Shown in pieces: positions 19,919 to 29,157 of a DNA stretch of 64,000 bases. Source of the DNA: Gammaproteobacteria bacterium (GTDB taxonomy: Bacteria > Pseudomonadota > Gammaproteobacteria > GCA-001735895). The notes below the pieces were generated by a model. That model saw only the letters and a list, made by a program, of their open reading frames with translations. It ran no database searches and had not been told where the DNA came from. The position numbers and the translations under genes are program-made. Within the stretch, counting starts at the first letter, position 1. Each line of letters starts with the position of its first letter. The stretch is taken from positions 38,006 through 102,005 of the forward strand of contig JBNKUM010000022.1 in NCBI GenBank assembly GCA_050298595.1, given 5' to 3'.

Positions 19919-22629
19919 GTATTGAGTTTAGTTTGAATGGTGAAACAATCACCGCCAATACCGATGAAACCATTTTAAAAGCAGCTCAGCGTCATGGCGT
20001 TGAAATCCCTCACTTATGTTACAAAGACGGACTGGGTGAATCGGGAAACTGTCGTGCCTGTATGGTAGAGATAGAAGGAGAGCGTGTATTATCGCCATCC
20101 TGTTGCCGTAGACCGACAGCGGATATGAAGGTGCATAGCAGTAACGAACGTGCGGTAAAATCTCAGAAACTGGTGCTGGAGCTACTGCAATCTGATATGG
20201 CACAGGAAGCCTATACCAGGCATAACGAATTAGACTACTGGGCGGATAAATTAGAGCTTGATGCACCACGCTTCGAGCCACGCACAGATAAAGTCGCCAG
20301 AGATGAATCACATCCGGCGATGACGATAAACCTGGATGCCTGTATCCATTGTACCCGTTGTTTACGCGCCTGCCGTGATATTCAGGTAAACGATATTATC
20401 GGACTGTCACAGCGCGGATCACAAACTAAAATTGTTTTTGACCTTGATGACGCAATGGGAAAAAGTGCCTGTGTCGGTTGTGGTGAATGTGCTCAGGCCT
20501 GTCCGACTGGAGCCATCATGCCTGCGGGTGGTGTCGGTCTTATTGAACCAGATAAAACTGTTGACTCTGTCTGTCCTTATTGCGGGGTAGGGTGCCTGCT
20601 TACCTATTATGTTAAAGACAATAAAATCCTGTATGCAAAGGGACGCAATGGTCCGGCGAATAAAGGCCGACTTTGTGTCAAAGGTCGTTTTGGTTTTGAT
20701 TATATCCATCATCCAGAGCGCCTGACTAAACCTCTGATTCGACGCAGTGACGCTCCAAAAACAGCTGAGCTCAATTATCAACCAGAGAATCCTTTGGCGC
20801 TATTTCGTGAAGCCAGCTGGGAGGAAGCACTTGATTTTGCTGCGCAGGGTTTACGTGACATCATTGATAATGAAGGCAAATATGCACTGGCAGGTCTGGG
20901 CTCTGCCAAAGGCAGCTGTGAAGAGGCTTATTTATTTCAGAAATTAATCCGTACCGGATTTGGCACCAATAATGTTGACCACTGTACACGCCTGTGTCAT
21001 GCATCATCGGTAACTGCGTTACTGGAAGGTCTTGGTTCCGGCGCAGTGTCGAACCCAATGGCCGATGTGAGTCATTCAGATGTCATTATCGTTATAGGTT
21101 CTAATCCGACAGTCAATCATCCAGTTGGAGCCACATGGATGAAAAATGCGATTAATAACGGAACCCAGCTGATTTTGATGGACCCTAGAGGTTCAGATAT
21201 GAAACGGCATGCCTCTCATTTTGTTCAGTTCAAGCCAGCTTCAGATGTCGCCTTACTGAATGCCATGATGAATGTCATTGTGACTGAGGATCTGGTAGAT
21301 CAGGATTTTCTGGATTCGCATACTGAGCAATACGAAAAACTCAGAGTACATTTACAGACTTATACACCCGAAGCTATGCAAGATATCTGTGGAGTTTCTG
21401 CACAGCAGATACGAGAAGTAGCACGTCTATATGCAACCGCTGATAACGCTATGATCCTGTGGGGTATGGGTGTTTCGCAGCATGTTCATGGGACGGACAA
21501 TGCACGCTGCCTGATTTCACTGTGTATGATTACCGGACAGATTGGCCGTCCAGGAACAGGATTGCATCCCTTACGAGGTCAGAATAATGTACAGGGTGCT
21601 TCTGACGTAGGCCTGATACCTATGGTTTTTCCAAATTATCAATCAGTAGCTGATCCTTCGGTACAACAACGATTTACTCAACTATGGCAGGTCGATGAGC
21701 TGGATGATAAACCTGGCCTGACAACAGTAGAGATGATGAATCATGCCTACGATGGCTTAATCAAAGGTATGTACATTGAAGGTGAAAACCCCGCCATGTC
21801 AGACCCTGATGTTCTGCATGCAAGAACCGCGCTGTCAAGACTGGAGCATCTGGTGGTACAGGATATCTTCATGACAGAAACTGCCTATTATGCCGATGTC
21901 ATTTTGCCAGCTGCTGCCAACCCAGAAAAGACTGGTAGTTATATTAATTCGGATCGTACCGTGCAAATGGGACGTCAGGCGGTAACACCTCCAGGTAGTG
22001 CTCAACCGGACTGGTGGTCGATTCAGGAGATTGCGCGCCGATTAGGTCTGGACTGGAACTACTCTGGCCCTGAGGAAATTTTCAATGAAATGCGCCAGTC
22101 TATGGATTCCATTGCCGGAATAACCTGGTCACGTTTAGAGCAGGAAAGTGTAACCTATCCCTGCCATGAGGAAGGTGATCCAGGTGAACCGATTATCTTC
22201 AAGGATGGTTTCCCAACCACTACAGGACGGGCAAAACTTGTGCCTGCCGATATCGTACCACCTGATGAGCAGCCGGATAAAGAATATCCATTTATTCTAA
22301 TTACCGGAAGACAACTGGAACATTGGCATACAGGCAGCATGACTCGACGAACAGCGGTACTTGATGAACTAGAACCCGAGCCATGGGTGTCTGTCAATGT
22401 ACGTGATGCATTGTCTCTGGGTCTTGACGAGAATTCTTCATTAACACTGCAATCACGTCGAGGGGCACTTAAGGCCAATGTAAGGTTGAGTGACAACCTT
22501 CCCGCTGGCACGGTGTTTATGCCGTTTTGTTATTTTGAAGCGGCCGCTAACGTACTGACCAATGCAGCGCTAGATCCTCAGGCAAAAATCGCGGAGGTCA
22601 AGTATTGCGCGGTTCGACTGATATCCTGA
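19915..22629 (+). CDS. fdhF: Formate dehydrogenase alpha subunit (Mo/W-bisPGD, Cys-type)
   Basis: N-terminal 2Fe-2S and 4Fe-4S motifs, CPYCGVGC, DHCTRLCH, PLRGQNNVQG; 4-nt overlap with the beta subunit. Confidence 0.93.
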   Translation: MSIEFSLNGETITANTDETILKAAQRHGVEIPHLCYKDGLGESGNCRACMVEIEGERVLSPSCCRRPTADMKVHSSNERAVKSQKLVLELLQSDMAQEAYTRHNELDYWADKLELDAPRFEPRTDKVARDESHPAMTINLDACIHCTRCLRACRDIQVNDIIGLSQRGSQTKIVFDLDDAMGKSACVGCGECAQACPTGAIMPAGGVGLIEPDKTVDSVCPYCGVGCLLTYYVKDNKILYAKGRNGPANKGRLCVKGRFGFDYIHHPERLTKPLIRRSDAPKTAELNYQPENPLALFREASWEEALDFAAQGLRDIIDNEGKYALAGLGSAKGSCEEAYLFQKLIRTGFGTNNVDHCTRLCHASSVTALLEGLGSGAVSNPMADVSHSDVIIVIGSNPTVNHPVGATWMKNAINNGTQLILMDPRGSDMKRHASHFVQFKPASDVALLNAMMNVIVTEDLVDQDFLDSHTEQYEKLRVHLQTYTPEAMQDICGVSAQQIREVARLYATADNAMILWGMGVSQHVHGTDNARCLISLCMITGQIGRPGTGLHPLRGQNNVQGASDVGLIPMVFPNYQSVADPSVQQRFTQLWQVDELDDKPGLTTVEMMNHAYDGLIKGMYIEGENPAMSDPDVLHARTALSRLEHLVVQDIFMTETAYYADVILPAAANPEKTGSYINSDRTVQMGRQAVTPPGSAQPDWWSIQEIARRLGLDWNYSGPEEIFNEMRQSMDSIAGITWSRLEQESVTYPCHEEGDPGEPIIFKDGFPTTTGRAKLVPADIVPPDEQPDKEYPFILITGRQLEHWHTGSMTRRTAVLDELEPEPWVSVNVRDALSLGLDENSSLTLQSRRGALKANVRLSDNLPAGTVFMPFCYFEAAANVLTNAALDPQAKIAEVKYCAVRLIS

Positions 22630-23260
22630 AGCTCTAGAGAAAGTCAAATGGATGCAGGATAGCTGCTGCATTTAATCATTATGAGGGTGGTTATTATGAT
22701 CAGTTGTAATCCTCTAGCTTTAACTTATGCAACGCTCTGCCTGACACTTATGTCAGGTAGCTAAACCTATGCTGTCTCAAATGATAATTCAACTGTAAAG
22801 GTGGCATAGCCAAATATAGCTGAGGCACTACATTCTGCGTGATGGGGCGGGATAGGTCTTTTCAACGTTTATCAACCTGGTTTTATTTATACTACCGTTG
22901 GAATTAGTTGCACAAAATCAGTCCAATTATTTGGTAAAAACTAGCCAAAAAGCCTGCAGTCACGGCTTACATGAGCAACCAAATGAAGGACCTTTTGCAG
23001 TATTTTTATTTTGCGACGATGCTGGAGGATCAAACATTGGAGTAATATTAACAGAAAAAGGTGCTGGTCCTGGAAAAATAATGGTTAGAAAGTAGAATTT
23101 GAAGTTGGACAGGGCCAGAAAGGGCCATGTGCAAATAAAGTTAAATCTCTCTAGTTCCGCCATATAGCTAAGAATTATAAAGGCGTGAAAAATTCGTGGG
23201 GTTATCCGGGATCTTGGCGGATATCAATATAAATAGGAGATTATTGGTTGATCTTTCGGC

Positions 23261-23289
23261 TTGTAATATGAAAATATGGCCTTTATACT
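23261..23289 (+). promoter_or_regulatory. Sigma70-like promoter of the MNIO cassette
   Basis: TTGTAA-17 nt-TATACT, followed by the RBS AAGGAG 8 nt before ATG 23324. Confidence 0.6.
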
Positions 23290-23323
23290 TCCTATTCTTT
23301 TAACTGCTTAAGGAGTAGGTTTT

Positions 23324-23566
23324 ATGGAAATACCTGCAGCAATGGCATTAGAAAAAGATGTACTTCGTTCCAACATCGTTCGCGTCACTATCCCCGCTAC
23401 GGTTGCCTACAATCTCGACAGGATGCGTAAGGTTACCGATTCTATCCTCGACAGACTGGGTTGCTCTAACTGCCATTCCGGTTTCGATCTCCGTTTCGAT
23501 ATTGAGAGACAGTTTGTCGTCGATGAGAAGCTTAACGTACGAGTAGTAGGCGAACAGATTCGGTAG
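23324..23566 (+). CDS. Putative MNIO substrate (RiPP-like precursor) with an internal CxxCHSG motif
   Basis: 80 aa, strong RBS, only two Cys (C47, C50, in RLGCSNCHSGFD), no signal peptide; stop overlaps the DUF692 start (TAGTG). Confidence 0.8.
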   Translation: MEIPAAMALEKDVLRSNIVRVTIPATVAYNLDRMRKVTDSILDRLGCSNCHSGFDLRFDIERQFVVDEKLNVRVVGEQIR

Positions 23567-25026
23567 TGAAGACGCCAGGACTTGGTGTAGGCCTTGTCTA
23601 TATCCCGGGACTCGAACCATTGTTCGAGTCCCAGGATGGTTCTGTTCAGGTCCTGGAGCTAGAGCCTCAGGCGTTGTGGCGCCAGTATCCCAATAGGCCC
23701 CAGCCCTATACCAACCAAATAGAGCTACTGAACTGCTTCAAGGACTGGCCACAGCATAAGATTGTCCATGGGGTAGGATTTCCTGTGGGTGGATCACGCT
23801 TGCCGGACCCACGTCATCTACCACCGTTGCGCGAGGCTATTGAGACCATCGGTGCCAAGTGGGCGAGCGAACACCTGGTGTTCAACGAAGCAGAAGATCA
23901 CAACGGCTCGGTCTATCAAACCGGTTTCTTTTTACCACCACTATTGACCCCCGCTGGTATTGAGGCCGTGGTGCCTATTATCCGTTCGGTATCTGCAGAT
24001 ATCCCTGTACCTTTCGCTATCGAAACACCAGCCAACTACCTTCAGCCTCTTCCTGGACAGTTACGGGATGGCGAATTCACTGCCGCTGTAGCCGAGCAGG
24101 CCGACTGTGGAATCCTGCTTGATATTCACAATATCTGGACCAATGAACAAAACGGACGGCAGAGTGTCGAGGAATTTCTCAGTGAGATCCCACTGGATCG
24201 AGTGTGGGAGATCCATCTGGCCGGCGGCTTGAAGTATGGTGATTTCTGGCTCGATGCCCATTCGGGTGATATCCCCCGTCCGGTTCTCGAATGGACCCGG
24301 CGACTTATACCGCAACTGCCAAACCTGGGCGCCATCATCTATGAATTGTTGCCTGCCTATTTCCCCTCTTTTGGTCTGGAGGGTGTGCGAAAGGCACTTG
24401 ATGAAATGCATGAAGTCTGGGCCCTACGAAACACTCCGACCCTTGCCACTTCACCTTTACCCGACCCACCACCGAAGACTGAACCGCCATTCGACACGAC
24501 CCTACCATCGGAGTGGGAAAATACCCTGGCCGGTACCATCGTGGCTTACCACGCTAATGAGTCGCCCTTGGCCCGGCAGGTAGCCGTAGATCCGGCGGTA
24601 GAACTCGTGCGGAGTCTCAACAAGAAATTCCGCATGAGCGCAGTTGTCACTAACCTGAGGCTTTCTGTTCGCCAACTGATCCTCTCACTGTCAGAAGCGG
24701 AGTTTGATCAACTCATCCAGGATTACTGCACAACCGTGCGTCCGCAACGTTTCGGTGCCGCTGAAGCTAAAAACTTCGCCGACTTTATCGGTAGGCGGAA
24801 AATGGAGATCCCATATCTGGCCGAAGTGCTCAACTACGAAGTTGCAGCTATCGACGTGATCGCCGACAGATGTTCACGGATTGTGCCTTTTTCAGTAGAT
24901 CCTGAGACTTTACTGGAGGCTCTGGCAATGGGTAAGTTGCCGGAAAACATCACAAGCGGTAACTACGAAGCTGAGGTCGTACCGCCGGATGTGGATCCGT
25001 TGGTTAACAATCCACTCTATCACTGA
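23566..25026 (+). CDS. DUF692 / multinuclear non-heme iron oxidative enzyme (MNIO) with a fused C-terminal partner-like domain
   Basis: GVGL, HGVG, SEHL, AIE, LLDIHN, EIHLAG, LDAHS and IYE metal-ligand motifs in the first ~280 aa; Pro-rich linker; C-terminal ~180 aa with PYLAEVLNYEVA. Confidence 0.9.
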   Translation: MKTPGLGVGLVYIPGLEPLFESQDGSVQVLELEPQALWRQYPNRPQPYTNQIELLNCFKDWPQHKIVHGVGFPVGGSRLPDPRHLPPLREAIETIGAKWASEHLVFNEAEDHNGSVYQTGFFLPPLLTPAGIEAVVPIIRSVSADIPVPFAIETPANYLQPLPGQLRDGEFTAAVAEQADCGILLDIHNIWTNEQNGRQSVEEFLSEIPLDRVWEIHLAGGLKYGDFWLDAHSGDIPRPVLEWTRRLIPQLPNLGAIIYELLPAYFPSFGLEGVRKALDEMHEVWALRNTPTLATSPLPDPPPKTEPPFDTTLPSEWENTLAGTIVAYHANESPLARQVAVDPAVELVRSLNKKFRMSAVVTNLRLSVRQLILSLSEAEFDQLIQDYCTTVRPQRFGAAEAKNFADFIGRRKMEIPYLAEVLNYEVAAIDVIADRCSRIVPFSVDPETLLEALAMGKLPENITSGNYEAEVVPPDVDPLVNNPLYH

Positions 25027-25354
25027 CAGGTTTTGTAAGTATGTGGTGATAAATCTCAACATGAAATACGGCTAACAATAGTTCTTTCACCCTCTGGGAA
25101 AAGGACAGGTAGCATACATGAAACATCAACCCGGCTTTCCCATTTGAGCGAATGGTATTGCTATATAATCATAAGTACCGACTATTGATCTTTATCTTGG
25201 ATTAGACAAATGATTTCGTCTTCACTAAGAGGCATTTCACTGATAGGCTTTTTAACCTATCTTCACGGAAGTTTGTCTTTCAATTTTCTGATTAATAGCC
25301 AGTGTAATGCTCATAACTAAAAATGCCCCAAGACCTGCTAATGCCATGCCGTCC

Positions 25355-25630
25355 AATTTCCACATGCTATTCCTGGATGGCGTATACACAAAAAACTAAC
25401 AGGGGAAGACAAGGTTCCAACGTTCCTTAGCCCAAAATCAACAAGAACTGGGCTAACTGGTTCACACGATCAGTCACCGTGTAGCCCGCTATCTTGTACG
25501 TCAGGGTCTTCTCGAACGTGATGAAGAAAACAGCTACCTGCAACTGGATGGTATCCCATGCAACAACTGACGGGGGCGGTTTGTTACTGCATACTGTTGG
25601 TCAATTTAGCAGGGTGGTAGAAGTGACATT
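25355..25630 (+). mobile_element. Degraded IS91/ISCR-type rolling-circle transposase fragment
   Basis: NFHMLFLDGVY...RFQR...LVHTISHRVARYLVRQGLLERDEENSYLQLD / PMQQL, with two in-frame TAA stops. Confidence 0.8.
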
Positions 25631-25869
25631 TTAGTTTTGAATTGATATTCTTTGAATCAGTTCGCTGCTTATTGAGAGCAATAATCCTAAGATAAACTGA
25701 TTAACAGGAAGTTTATAAATCGATAGGGTCAATTGATAATTTCTTTAACTCGTTTAGCCTGCTCATTTTCAGAATGCCGGTCAGTCTTGACTCGATTTGG
25801 TGGCCAGCCCGGTCAGTTGGGGCTGGTGCCTACAGTTCGATAGAGCTTCTTCCTTTATTCTTAATTATG

Positions 25870-25952
25870 GCTACGGCGAGTTTTTCAACTTCCTTGATTC
25901 GAAGTAGGGCGATTTCCTAGGCTCGTAAACCAAGCTTGAAACTGATCTGCAT
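25870..25952 (-). pseudogene. Tyrosine recombinase/integrase fragment (box I region)
   Basis: MQISFKLGLRA*EIALLRIKEV, matching the LGLRxxE motif, with an in-frame TAG. Confidence 0.6.
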
Positions 25953-26269
25953 GAAGGTGATGGTTAAAGATTTACGTACGGATTCATGTAACCGATGAGG
26001 CTAATCAGAATAGACTCAATCCGACCAAAAGCAACAAATCACAACCATCTGCAGAACATATATATTTGTAGACGGGGTAATAATCCTCGAAGTACTGAAA
26101 CTTACTGCTGCCTCATAACAACAAGTGCTCCTATTTTTCTTCTGACACAGGATATAACAAAAACCTTACTCGTAGTTGCCTAAATGTCTAATAATGTCTG
26201 ATAGGGTGTATTACACGGACTGGACAACATTTCCACTTCAATAATATGAAAATTATTGTTTATTATCGT

Positions 26270-26297
26270 ACTTTACATAATATACATTATGCGCATA
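26270..26297 (-). other. dif: dif-like XerC/XerD recombination site
   Basis: Minus strand TATGCGCATAA-TGTATA-TTATGTAAAGT versus E. coli dif GGTGCGCATAA-TGTATA-TTATGTTAAAT (24/28 identical); intergenic; KOPS polarity converges here. Confidence 0.85.
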
Positions 26298-26430
26298 TAT
26301 AGTGATAATTAATGTTGTATATGTGTAGCATGAAAAAATGTAGATAATGAATACGTCACCCTTTAATATCAAAAAGCGATATCAGATGTTATTGTACTAC
26401 CTGCAATATAACCTACCTTAATCAATACCC

Positions 26431-27642
26431 GTGAATAACCCTGAAACACCCCATACCGAATTGAGTATTTCTTTTCGTGAATTTGTTACTCTGATGGCGC
26501 TGATGGTTTCTCTGACAGCTTTGTCTATTGATACTGTTCTTCCCATACTTACAAAGGCTGGTCATGATTTGGGTATAACAGATATCAACCAAAGTCAGTT
26601 CATCATTGGTTTTCTTCTGCTGGGTTTAACTTTTGGTCAGTTAGTGTACGGACCAGTGGCTGATAGCTTCGGTAGAAAACGAAGTGTGTATATCGGTTTG
26701 TTGATATTTATTATCGGTAGTTTTATCAGTTATTCTTCAATCAGTTTTGAATGGATGTTGCTGGGAAGATTCTTACAGGGCTTTGGTGCGGCAGCGCCCA
26801 GAGTATCCAGTGTTGCTATAGTACGAGATCTGTTTACGGGTCGAGAAATGGCCCGTGTTTTATCCTTCATTATGGCCGTGTTTATTTTTGTGCCGGTTGT
26901 GGCTCCAGCTATTGGTGAAGCTATTCAGGTCTTTAGTCACTGGCGTATGATTTTCGCCGTATTTATGTTGATTTCCCTGGTAATTACTGTCTGGATGTAC
27001 TTGCGACTCCCTGAGACCTTAAAACAGGAACATCGTCACCCATTTAGTTTTTCAGAGGTTTATAAAAGCCTGATCAGGGTTGTTACGAATTGGCAGACAC
27101 TCGGTCATACCATCAGTGCTGGGTTTATCTTCGGTTGCCTTATCGGTTACCTTAATAGTGCTCCACAGATTTACCAGGATTATTATGGCACTGGGCATCT
27201 GTTTGTATTCTATTTTTCAATCTCAGCATTGTCGGTTGGCATTTCTTCTTTAGTGAATTCTGCAATTGTCAGGCGTTTTGGCATGCACAAAATCAGCCTT
27301 ATTGCTTTAATAGCTATGGTCATTTTTGCTCTGAGTTTCTTACCCGTTACAATCATTTGCTCTACTGATACACCGCTCTGGACCTTTCTGCTGTTTTCAA
27401 TAGTCAGTTTCTTTTGTCTGGGTTTATTGTTCGGCAATTTAAATGCGTTGGCTATGGAGCCAATGGCCCATCGCGCTGGGGTGGCATCCTCAGTTATTGG
27501 AGCAATAACAACTGCAATTTCTGTTCTCATAGGCACTCTGATCGGTCAGTTTTACGATTTGACACTTATCCCTCTTATCACTGGCTTTCTTGTAATGGCT
27601 TTGAGCGCATTATCTATACAGTTGTTATTATTACGCCTGTAA
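26431..27642 (+). CDS. Bcr/CflA-family MFS efflux transporter
   Basis: ALSIDTVLP, GQLVYGPVADSFGRK, GRFLQGFG, VRDLFTGREMAR, LPETL. Confidence 0.9.
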   Translation: MNNPETPHTELSISFREFVTLMALMVSLTALSIDTVLPILTKAGHDLGITDINQSQFIIGFLLLGLTFGQLVYGPVADSFGRKRSVYIGLLIFIIGSFISYSSISFEWMLLGRFLQGFGAAAPRVSSVAIVRDLFTGREMARVLSFIMAVFIFVPVVAPAIGEAIQVFSHWRMIFAVFMLISLVITVWMYLRLPETLKQEHRHPFSFSEVYKSLIRVVTNWQTLGHTISAGFIFGCLIGYLNSAPQIYQDYYGTGHLFVFYFSISALSVGISSLVNSAIVRRFGMHKISLIALIAMVIFALSFLPVTIICSTDTPLWTFLLFSIVSFFCLGLLFGNLNALAMEPMAHRAGVASSVIGAITTAISVLIGTLIGQFYDLTLIPLITGFLVMALSALSIQLLLLRL

Positions 27643-27849
27643 AGATAAACAACTTTAAAAACAGCTTCTAAATAACTGATATCTTGTATAATTATGTTTA
27701 TTAATAATAAGATTTATCATGCATACCTTCAGTTTTGAATTGGAACTATTGGAATTTCACCAATAATCTCATAGTCTATACAAAACTTAAGGCCATCCAG
27801 AGTTAAACTGGGTGTCGATAAACTAATCACCTACAGGCAAAACAATCCC

Positions 27850-29157
27850 ATGGCCATAAAAAAGATCGACTATGCCAGGCCCGTTTATATCGTCGATGGA
27901 TGCCGTACACCTTTTCTAAAAGCACAGGGTAAACCGGGTCCTTTTAAACATGCTGATCTGGCTATAAACGCTTCACGCGCTTTAATTGAAAAAATGCCTT
28001 TTGAGGCTGATGCATTCGATGAGGTCATTTTTGGTTCAACCATGCCGAACTCTGAAGAAGCCAATATCAGTCGAGTGATTGCGCTTCGATTAGGCTGTGG
28101 TGATCGCGTACCCGCTTACACGGTTCATCGAAACTGCGCTTCTGGCATGCAATCACTGGATAATGCCGCGCTTTCTATCGCTGATGGCCGTTCTGATTTG
28201 ATCCTGGCCGGTGGCGTTGAAGCCATGAGTCGTGCGCCTTTACTGCTTAGTGATAACATGGTCACGTGGCTTGCCAGCTGGTGGGGGGCGCGCTCATTTC
28301 AGAACAAACTTAAAGTTATTTCACAGATCAGACCCGCCTATTTTGCACCCGTTATCGCCCTGCTGAATGGCCTGAAAGATCCAGTGGCAGGTTTATCGAT
28401 GGGACAAACGGCAGAAAAAATTGCTTTCCGCTTTGGTATTACGCGAAAAATGATGGATGAGTACTCGGTACAGAGCCATTTACGTTTGCTGGAAGCTCAT
28501 AAAAATGGCGATTTAAGCGAAATCATTCCTATGTTCGATCGTAAAGGTAATCTATACGACCATGATGAGGGAGCCAGAGCGGACTCATCAGTAGAACGAC
28601 TCGCCAGGTTGCGCCCTGCTTTTGATAAACCTTATGGCCTGGTTACTCCAGGTAATAGCTCTCAAATAACCGATGGCGCAGCCAGTCTGGTACTGGCAAG
28701 TGCGGAAGCTGTCAAAAAGCATAACCTGCCAGTGCTGGCCAGGCTTGTGACTACGCACTGGGCGGGAGTCGCACCCGATGAAATGGGCATTGGCCCTGCT
28801 CACGCTATCGCCCCCCTGCTCCGTTCACGTCGTTTAAAGGTCGATTCAATTGACTACTGGGAGATAAATGAAGCCTTTGCCGCACAGGTACTGGCGGTGG
28901 TGGAAGCGCTTAAGGATAAGAATTATTGCAAACAGCATATCGGTTTGGGTTCAGCTATCGGCGAGATACCCATGGATAGATTAAATATCCACGGTGGTGG
29001 TATTAGCCTGGGTCATCCGGTAGGTGCCAGTGGTGCCAGGATCATCCTGCATCTGGGTAAAATACTGGAAAAAAATAAAGCTAAACGTGGCATTGCGTCG
29101 CTATGTATCGGCGGTGGCCAGGGTGGCGCGGTTTTACTGGAACGGGGGAAAATCTAA
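27850..29157 (+). CDS. fadI: Acetyl-CoA C-acyltransferase (3-ketoacyl-CoA thiolase)
   Basis: RTPFLK, RNCASG, NEAFA, GHPVGASG, LCIGGGQG. Confidence 0.9.
   Translation: MAIKKIDYARPVYIVDGCRTPFLKAQGKPGPFKHADLAINASRALIEKMPFEADAFDEVIFGSTMPNSEEANISRVIALRLGCGDRVPAYTVHRNCASGMQSLDNAALSIADGRSDLILAGGVEAMSRAPLLLSDNMVTWLASWWGARSFQNKLKVISQIRPAYFAPVIALLNGLKDPVAGLSMGQTAEKIAFRFGITRKMMDEYSVQSHLRLLEAHKNGDLSEIIPMFDRKGNLYDHDEGARADSSVERLARLRPAFDKPYGLVTPGNSSQITDGAASLVLASAEAVKKHNLPVLARLVTTHWAGVAPDEMGIGPAHAIAPLLRSRRLKVDSIDYWEINEAFAAQVLAVVEALKDKNYCKQHIGLGSAIGEIPMDRLNIHGGGISLGHPVGASGARIILHLGKILEKNKAKRGIASLCIGGGQGGAVLLERGKI

Noticed and set aside
19915-22629. Selenocysteine-containing formate dehydrogenase
   Set aside because: The active-site motif reads RLCH with a TGT codon and the frame has no internal TGA
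22898-23163. Overlapping 65-aa and 67-aa ORFs as additional RiPP genes
   Set aside because: They lie upstream of the cassette's own promoter with no convincing RBS or motif; likely fragments of a decayed gene
23324-23566. CSNCH read as a c-type cytochrome heme-binding motif
   Set aside because: No signal peptide or TM segment for periplasmic heme attachment, and coupling to a DUF692 enzyme explains the Cys pair better; not formally excluded
26431-27642. Bcr/CflA transporter as the exporter of the MNIO product
   Set aside because: It is 1.4 kb away, on the other side of dif and the mobile debris, with host-like composition; nothing links it to the cassette
27681-27702. Second dif/pdif-like site (ATCTTGTATAA-TTATGTTTATT)
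   Set aside because: The two arm-like sequences lack the 6-bp central region and lie in very AT-rich DNA; probably chance
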